From Candidatus Omnitrophota bacterium (GTDB taxonomy: Bacteria > Omnitrophota > Gorgyraeia > Zapsychrales > Zapsychraceae), in contig JADFYE010000002.1 in the NCBI GenBank assembly GCA_015233195.1, forward strand, positions 90,184-154,183: 64,000 nucleotides of DNA. Reading direction: 5' to 3'. Below the pieces are notes generated by a model that did not search any database, had not been told where the DNA came from, and worked only from the letters and a program-made list of their open reading frames with translations. Shown here one piece after another: positions 58,053-64,000 of the stretch. A program made the translations under genes and the position numbers. How positions within the stretch are numbered: the stretch's first letter is position 1; each line of letters opens with the position of its first letter.

Positions 58053-59111
58053 ATGAAAAAAATATTTATTTCCCTTTTATGCTTAATCTTATGCGCGTGC
58101 GGTAAGCCAAAAGATGAAAGCATTACTTTAACTGAAGCGCATAAAAAATTTAAAAAGATCTGCGCGGAAGAAAATTTGAGCATGCGGATGTTTCCCTTAT
58201 CCAAAACAGTTTGGATATACATACCGCTGAAAGTAAGTTTATTCTCGACAAAGTCTACAGGTGATGAACCAAAGATCACCAACACTTACAAAAACCGTTA
58301 CAAAGTAAATTATTTAGAAAGCACTTTCGATAAACAAACCTTCTCTATCGATTACGATATTGGTCCCAGCCGCGCGTATGACATAAATTATGGATATGGG
58401 TCAAGTTATTCCCAAGAATTTTATTCAGCTTATCAGAAAGTTTTGCAAAACATATTAAGAGCATATTTTGATATTAAACCGTCGGAAAAAACCCAAATAT
58501 CAGTTAATTTAGCTGAAAATAAAATTGAATCAAAACCTATTAATGATTATGAAAAAAAATCAGGAGCTCCGGATTTTTTTGTGGTAGTAATCGCAGATAT
58601 AAACGGCGGTATTGAAACCCAGACCTTATTCTATCTTGAAGACCACAAACGCACCACTACTCAAAGTATTCCACCTGATGAAGCTAATAAACGATTTATT
58701 ATGGAACCAGCTGGGTCACCTAAAATAATCAATGATGAAAAAGGCACACATTTAAAAATACATGAAATAACCTGGCCCGAATTTTTATCTAAACAAATAA
58801 AAATGCGCGTACAATTTTTATATCAATACAGTGAGTTTGCTCCAGAGCAGAATATTGCCCTCTCAATTGCAAATACCGCGGCACTTACCTTTAAAACCTA
58901 TAATTACGGATATTACGATTCACTGATATTAAATGATCTAAAAGATACAAAACAAAAAATTTATACGCCCGCAGAAATCAATGAATTAAAAAAGAATTTG
59001 AAGGAAGCGGAAACTAAAGGTAGATATCAAACCATAAAATTCGACCCGAAAACTTTTTCACCAAAATCTGCAGACGAAGAAACGAAAACCGAAAAAACTG
59101 ATAAACCTTAG
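58053..59111 (+). CDS. Lipoprotein of unknown function
   Basis: The lipobox is LCLILCACGKP. The gene starts 8 nt after the ftsH-like stop, so it is probably co-transcribed. Confidence 0.6.
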   Translation: MKKIFISLLCLILCACGKPKDESITLTEAHKKFKKICAEENLSMRMFPLSKTVWIYIPLKVSLFSTKSTGDEPKITNTYKNRYKVNYLESTFDKQTFSIDYDIGPSRAYDINYGYGSSYSQEFYSAYQKVLQNILRAYFDIKPSEKTQISVNLAENKIESKPINDYEKKSGAPDFFVVVIADINGGIETQTLFYLEDHKRTTTQSIPPDEANKRFIMEPAGSPKIINDEKGTHLKIHEITWPEFLSKQIKMRVQFLYQYSEFAPEQNIALSIANTAALTFKTYNYGYYDSLILNDLKDTKQKIYTPAEINELKKNLKEAETKGRYQTIKFDPKTFSPKSADEETKTEKTDKP

Positions 59112-59130
59112 CAAAAACCCCTCACCCTAA

Positions 59131-59155
59131 CCCTCTCCCCAAAGGTTGGAGAGGG
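59131..59155. terminator. GC-rich hairpin between convergent genes
   Basis: Stem ccctctcc (59131-59138) pairs with ggagaggg (59148-59155). Confidence 0.55.
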
Positions 59156-59193
59156 AATCAATTACTTAACGTCAACTTTACATATAAAAATTT

Positions 59194-62100
59194 TTACTCT
59201 ACCCACTGTGATAAATCTTTAATCGGTGAGATATTTGTGATTACCGGAGCCACTGCTTCCATATTCAGCATTGCAGAATCAATATTTTGTAAATTATAAA
59301 CCGGCATAACAAAACCGCCGCCCTCCTGCGACACCTTCATGCTCAGAGCCGCAGGATTAAAATCAATCCCACCTTTAGTATCCTCGCGCGCTTTTATATG
59401 CAGATACCGCTCCCCATCAAAATTCAATTCGTACTCATCCCTAAAAAGTATTTTTATGCGTGCAACAATGGCTCCTAGCATCTCAGCCGCATCAAATTCC
59501 GATTTATCTTTGTACCGTTCATATATTTCTTTTAAATCATGAGAATTGCGCCCAACAATCCTCACAATATTCTCTACTGAATCCATCAAATCCATATATT
59601 GGGGGAACGTATCAAATTGCTGATACAATAATTTATCCGGATTATCAAATATATTCATTTCTTCATTACCATTTCTAACATAACTTAATTCTATACCAAC
59701 TACATACTCAAAAAATACCATTTTATCCCCGGTTTTTTTAAAAACAAAAAAAGTAGTATTGTGTCCAGCCATAAGAATGCCCCCCTCATTCAACATTGTG
59801 CCCATACGCTGAATAGCGTCAGCCGTTTCTTGAGCCGTATAATAATCATCAAAAACATTCGCAACCCGAATAACATTCACCTTTTGCTTAATACCCGATA
59901 GTCCAAAACCAGATTTTACAAAAGTAAGATTATCGGTTTGTTCTTTCCTTACCGGGTCGAAACTTATATTCCCTTCACTTTCTATCAGATCCTTTTCTTT
60001 AGTAAAATCTTTCTTACTATAGAAGTCTAATCCCAAATGTTTACGCATTAATTTATCGCGTATTGCTATCGCCTTTTCTTTAACCATCTTACTTTCGGTT
60101 TCATCCAAAGTCTTGTGAAGAAAACCTGTGCCGATCTTTTCAACCGCATCAACAAATATTACGCGATGCTCAACCTGTCCGGTTACCTGATTATAATTAA
60201 TTTCAAAAAACACACTATACATATCTGTTTCATTTTTAGAAAAATTAACAACATAATCTGGAATGTTTAAATCAACACCAATAACATTAGCGGTTTTAAC
60301 CACTTTTTTTGCTAATTCAACCGTTGTTATAGGTGGAAATCCTATTCCAAAATCTATAACAGTTGATCTTCCTTCGCTTTTATTATGCTTCAAATAGTCT
60401 GCAATATATTCGTCCATTGACCCATTACGATCACCGGTTATTCCCAATGTAATTTTCCCGTCCAGGTTAGAATGACCATTTAAACGTTCCTCGGTGGTTT
60501 TTATCAATGCCCTTAATCGTATTGTTTCCGGATCACCATTAAATTCTGTATTTAGGACTTCATAATCTGTATTAAAACTTTCGACTTTAACAAAAGTTAG
60601 ACCGGCTGAAAACTCAATACCAATATCCCTCATGCGATCTGTTTTTTCTTGATATGTATCCCCTCCAATATTTTTCCCTTTCAAAAAATTCATGGCTTTT
60701 AAACTTAAAAAATTACGATAGAAATTAAGAGCATAGCGCGGATCGATCCTCGCCATCATTTCATCAAACAAAGGATATTCGATATCCGTAACACCTAAAA
60801 CATCTGAAAGTTTTTTATCTGAAGAAAAATCAGCAGCCCTTAACTTTTGAAAGAACGCAAATGTTTCTAATTTATAAATCTCCCATTTATATTCGCCAGC
60901 CAAATTACGCGTTGCGTCTAAAAATTCACTAAAATTCTCTGTAGTCATATACCAACTAAGTTTATCCGCAAATTCAGAGAAAACCGGAGCTAATTGCAAA
61001 GCAGCCACCTTATATTCAGGCTCTAAGTCTTTCAAAATTAATTTATAGTTATCATATGCTTGACTCCCCTCAATAAAAGGAAACTCACTCCGCTGTATGA
61101 TCGCTTTGATAAATAAAAATTCTTGCGAATTAATTCCAAAAATCTCCTTCAAAAAAGAACCGCTCTCCTTTGCAAAATCAGCGTCAAGAAGAGCCAATGT
61201 TCTTACAACACTTGGTGGAGCCATATGCGGATCATTGTCATGCAATATTCCCGCAATAAAACATAAATTCAGCAAATCCTCGTCTGTTATACCTAAAGCC
61301 TTAGCAAAAACAACTATCTTTTCAGCAGTACGTTTAGAATGTTCCCAAGTATGATACCCTGACTTAGGATACCCCTCCATAAACTCTGAATCATTTTCAA
61401 AATATTCTATAATTTTTTCACGGCTTTTTCTTATCGCAGGTAAATCATCCCTCGCTGACTTAGCTGAAAACATAGCATGATCACGCGTATCGCTGTCCAT
61501 TTGCCAACTCAATAATGCCAAATCATGACCTTTCATTTGCACGCCCGGATTAGTCCCCCTTGCAATCAGTGCATTATCCAAAACCACCCCGCCTGAAAAA
61601 TACTTACGCGGAATAATCTGCTGATTGATAGGATCATATTCTTCCTTAATAAAATCGTATGCACCTTTTTTAAAAGCTGAAACATACTGCTTGTATATTT
61701 TCTGTACTGCCTGACTATCGTCTGATTCAAGCCCTTTAATTTTTTGATTGTTTACATATGATTTTAAAGGATTACTTATTGCAGCTTTTAATTTCTTTTT
61801 ATACCAAGTAGCCAAAAGCATAGCTTGATAAATTTGACGCAGCTTGGCAAAAGTCTTACCTTCATTAACTTCTTTCTCAACTGCAGGTAAAATAACTTTT
61901 CGGAAAACTTCAGTTGATATGCCGGATATTTGTTTTAGATCTTCAGCTTTAACATGACCCAATCCGTGCCGATCGCTATTTTTATTCATATCGAGTGCTA
62001 GATAATCTTCGTCGAGCATGACCTTTAATTTAGCTTCAGTAATGAACGCGCCTTTTTTATGTTCATAGATCTTTACCGTACCCGGGACAATCCAAACCTT

Positions 62101-62649
62101 ATTAAAAGTTTCCACCGCAAGATCCAAAGAAGACCCTTGCTGTTTACCATTCTTATAAAGTTTGCCATATATCTCATCCCAAAATTTTTGACCAAATTCT
62201 CCATCAGGATACATCAAAGACGAGACTAATTGTTTAAGCATATAATCTTGTGCCAAAAGATCACGACCCATTTCAGTCTGTCCAAAAACTTGCGGTATAA
62301 TCCGGTTTTTTTCATACGGAGAAAGGTTAACCCACATCTGGTCTTCAGGAACAGATAAAGAGGCAAGAAAATATTTAATAAGCTGATTAGCTTCTTGTTC
62401 GAACTCGTTAACCCCGTGATCGTGCAGCGATTTTACGGGACCTTTATCAACAATAAACTCAAACTTAAAAGGATCCTGCGGATCAATGTTCAAGCCCTGT
62501 ACTTGCACCGGCTGATACGCTGCGGTTAATCCAATCAACTGCAAAGCAGGCGCTGATGAAATATTTTGCGCTAACACAGACGACGGCGCCAACATATTTG
62601 TACAAAAACAAATACTAACAATAAACGCGCATATTTTTCTCATATTCAT
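59194..62649 (-). CDS. Large secreted modular protein, paralog C: family N-module, HD-domain, Rossmann methyltransferase-like region and 'GGID' C-terminal tail
   Basis: The likely start is 62649 or 62643 (MNMRKICAFIVSICFCTNMLAPSSVLAQ, a signal peptide). The N-module is shared with paralogs A and B. The HD pattern is HTWEHSKRTAEK...IAGILHDNDPH. The motif-I-like block is VIDFGIGFPPITT. The C-terminus is GGIDFNPAALSMKV.... Confidence 0.85.
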   Translation of the reverse strand: MNMRKICAFIVSICFCTNMLAPSSVLAQNISSAPALQLIGLTAAYQPVQVQGLNIDPQDPFKFEFIVDKGPVKSLHDHGVNEFEQEANQLIKYFLASLSVPEDQMWVNLSPYEKNRIIPQVFGQTEMGRDLLAQDYMLKQLVSSLMYPDGEFGQKFWDEIYGKLYKNGKQQGSSLDLAVETFNKVWIVPGTVKIYEHKKGAFITEAKLKVMLDEDYLALDMNKNSDRHGLGHVKAEDLKQISGISTEVFRKVILPAVEKEVNEGKTFAKLRQIYQAMLLATWYKKKLKAAISNPLKSYVNNQKIKGLESDDSQAVQKIYKQYVSAFKKGAYDFIKEEYDPINQQIIPRKYFSGGVVLDNALIARGTNPGVQMKGHDLALLSWQMDSDTRDHAMFSAKSARDDLPAIRKSREKIIEYFENDSEFMEGYPKSGYHTWEHSKRTAEKIVVFAKALGITDEDLLNLCFIAGILHDNDPHMAPPSVVRTLALLDADFAKESGSFLKEIFGINSQEFLFIKAIIQRSEFPFIEGSQAYDNYKLILKDLEPEYKVAALQLAPVFSEFADKLSWYMTTENFSEFLDATRNLAGEYKWEIYKLETFAFFQKLRAADFSSDKKLSDVLGVTDIEYPLFDEMMARIDPRYALNFYRNFLSLKAMNFLKGKNIGGDTYQEKTDRMRDIGIEFSAGLTFVKVESFNTDYEVLNTEFNGDPETIRLRALIKTTEERLNGHSNLDGKITLGITGDRNGSMDEYIADYLKHNKSEGRSTVIDFGIGFPPITTVELAKKVVKTANVIGVDLNIPDYVVNFSKNETDMYSVFFEINYNQVTGQVEHRVIFVDAVEKIGTGFLHKTLDETESKMVKEKAIAIRDKLMRKHLGLDFYSKKDFTKEKDLIESEGNISFDPVRKEQTDNLTFVKSGFGLSGIKQKVNVIRVANVFDDYYTAQETADAIQRMGTMLNEGGILMAGHNTTFFVFKKTGDKMVFFEYVVGIELSYVRNGNEEMNIFDNPDKLLYQQFDTFPQYMDLMDSVENIVRIVGRNSHDLKEIYERYKDKSEFDAAEMLGAIVARIKILFRDEYELNFDGERYLHIKAREDTKGGIDFNPAALSMKVSQEGGGFVMPVYNLQNIDSAMLNMEAVAPVITNISPIKDLSQWVE

Positions 62650-62750
62650 AATAAAGTCCGGGTAAAGATACACCCGCCCCCTTAATACAATATAAGTATA
62701 AGACATATTAGGTAAGAAAAACGTCAAATTGGGATGAGATAAGAAAACGT

Positions 62751-63350
62751 TTACTTCACGTCAACTCTACGTCCAGAAATCTTTAATCTACCTTCAGCAA
62801 ACAAGGCTACTGCTTTAGGATAAATAACATGCTCGACTTTATGAATCTTCTCTTCCAGCCCTGCTAAAGTTTCACCCTCTTCGATCTTAACAGTCTCCTG
62901 GGCTATGATAGGACCATGATCCATTTTATCGTCTACAAAATGTACAGTAACTCCGGTTACTTTCGCGCCGTAAGTGAAAGCATCCTTTATTCCTTGCATC
63001 CCCTTAAAAGACGGTAACAATGAAGGATGAATATTTATAATCTTGTTCGGAAATTCTTTAATAAAAAACGGTGTTAACAATTTCATATAACCAGCCATAA
63101 CAATAAAATCAATACCAGCGTCTTTAAGATGAATAACAATATCCCGGTCATAACTTTGCGGGGTAGCATAATCTTTTCTTACCAAACATAAAGTCGGGAT
63201 GCCCGCGACTTTTGCCCGTTCCAGCGCGAATGCTTTTCGATTATCTGAAAACACCATGGCTAATTCAGCTTTTATATTCCCAGCTTTAACCGCATCAATA
63301 ATCGCCTGTAAATTAGAACCATTGCCTGAAGCAAAAACCGCAAATTTCAT
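62751..63350 (-). CDS. purN: Phosphoribosylglycinamide formyltransferase
   Basis: PurN blocks are ASGNGSNLQAIIDA, INIHPSLLPSFKG and HFVDDKMDHGPIIAQ. Confidence 0.9.
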   Translation of the reverse strand: MKFAVFASGNGSNLQAIIDAVKAGNIKAELAMVFSDNRKAFALERAKVAGIPTLCLVRKDYATPQSYDRDIVIHLKDAGIDFIVMAGYMKLLTPFFIKEFPNKIINIHPSLLPSFKGMQGIKDAFTYGAKVTGVTVHFVDDKMDHGPIIAQETVKIEEGETLAGLEEKIHKVEHVIYPKAVALFAEGRLKISGRRVDVK

Positions 63351-64000
63351 TGTATCATCCTCTCTTTTGCCTTAAATTCGCCCCTAAATAATCCTACCAC
63401 ACCAATCAAACACGTAATACTTCCCGCTGTAATCAAAATATGTTGAGTACCTACATATTTTGACGCCCATGAACTCAATAACATTGATAATAAAAATGCT
63501 AAATGGATAACAATCTCCAAAGCGCTAAAAACTTTTCCCCGCATTTTCTCGTCGCTAACTACCTGCGCTACAGTATTCGTCGCTATAAATATCGGTCCAA
63601 TAAACAAGCCCAACAACGACGCCAAAGCCCCGGCTAACCAAACATTGGGATACAATTTTACCAAGTACGCAAAAATAATTAACATTATCCCTGCACTTAT
63701 AAAACTGGCAAAGATCGTCTTGTACCATACAAGTTTTTTACCCCATTTACCATAAGCCAACGCGCCCAAAAATAAACCAGCGCCCAAGCAAACTGCTAAA
63801 CCGCCGAGATGTTTCGTAACACTGCCGAACGACTGCTGAATAAAAACAATTATAACTACATATACTGATCCTGCCATAAACAAAATAGCAAATAACATAT
63901 CAATGATAAAACGTATCTCTTTATGCGTCATCAAATATTTTATCCCGTCCCGCAAATCTTCCCAAAATCCAACTTTAATTTTACCTACCAGTTCTTTACC
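63347..64000 (-). CDS. MFS-type transporter (5' end beyond the window)
   Basis: Six hydrophobic segments are visible. The frame stays open upstream of the listed Met at 63955 to the window edge (…KELVGKIKVGFWEDLRDGIKYL…). It overlaps purN by 4 nt. Confidence 0.6.
   Translation of the reverse strand, partial: GKELVGKIKVGFWEDLRDGIKYLMTHKEIRFIIDMLFAILFMAGSVYVVIIVFIQQSFGSVTKHLGGLAVCLGAGLFLGALAYGKWGKKLVWYKTIFASFISAGIMLIIFAYLVKLYPNVWLAGALASLLGLFIGPIFIATNTVAQVVSDEKMRGKVFSALEIVIHLAFLLSMLLSSWASKYVGTQHILITAGSITCLIGVVGLFRGEFKAKERMIQ

Overview
This is an AT-rich bacterial chromosomal window. Nearly all genes are on the minus strand. By eye the gene content resembles an uncultivated, Omnitrophota-like lineage, but that is a guess I did not compute.

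The core content is housekeeping and envelope genes:
- a Ski2-like helicase and a PilZ protein;
- a Moco operon headed by a radical-SAM/SPASM gene, followed by moeA, moaA, moaC, a MOSC gene and a mog-type gene;
- an envelope-glycosylation cluster with three GT-C-like membrane proteins, a NodB deacetylase and an SGNH hydrolase;
- two PEP-CTERM proteins and a 1339-aa autotransporter;
- an APC permease, a CHASE-PAS histidine kinase and a GPH/MFS transporter;
- an RsuA-family pseudouridine synthase, a Fic protein, ftsB, eno, purN and initiator tRNA-fMet.

Two things stand out.

1. Three paralogs of a large signal-peptide-bearing modular protein family lie at 1..1719 (partial), 35517..39590 and 59194..62649. 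They share a ~340-aa N-terminal module. The two complete copies also share a ~60-aa 'GGID' C-terminal tail. The enzyme-like middles differ completely: HAD-like, GHKL ATPase-like, and HD plus Rossmann methyltransferase-like.

2. An ~11.6-kb integrative island sits in the 3' end of tRNA-fMet, flanked by a 55-56-bp direct repeat at 42007..42062 and 53571..53626. It has a satellite-like control module: integrase, divergent XRE regulator, excisionase and a TerS-like HTH protein. Its cargo includes an 823-aa DUF4238-like/SEC-C protein, an HExxH zinc-ribbon protein and decayed or duplicated gene fragments.

An FtsH-like protease with a duplicated AAA+ module is also unusual. I found no CRISPR array and no rRNA.
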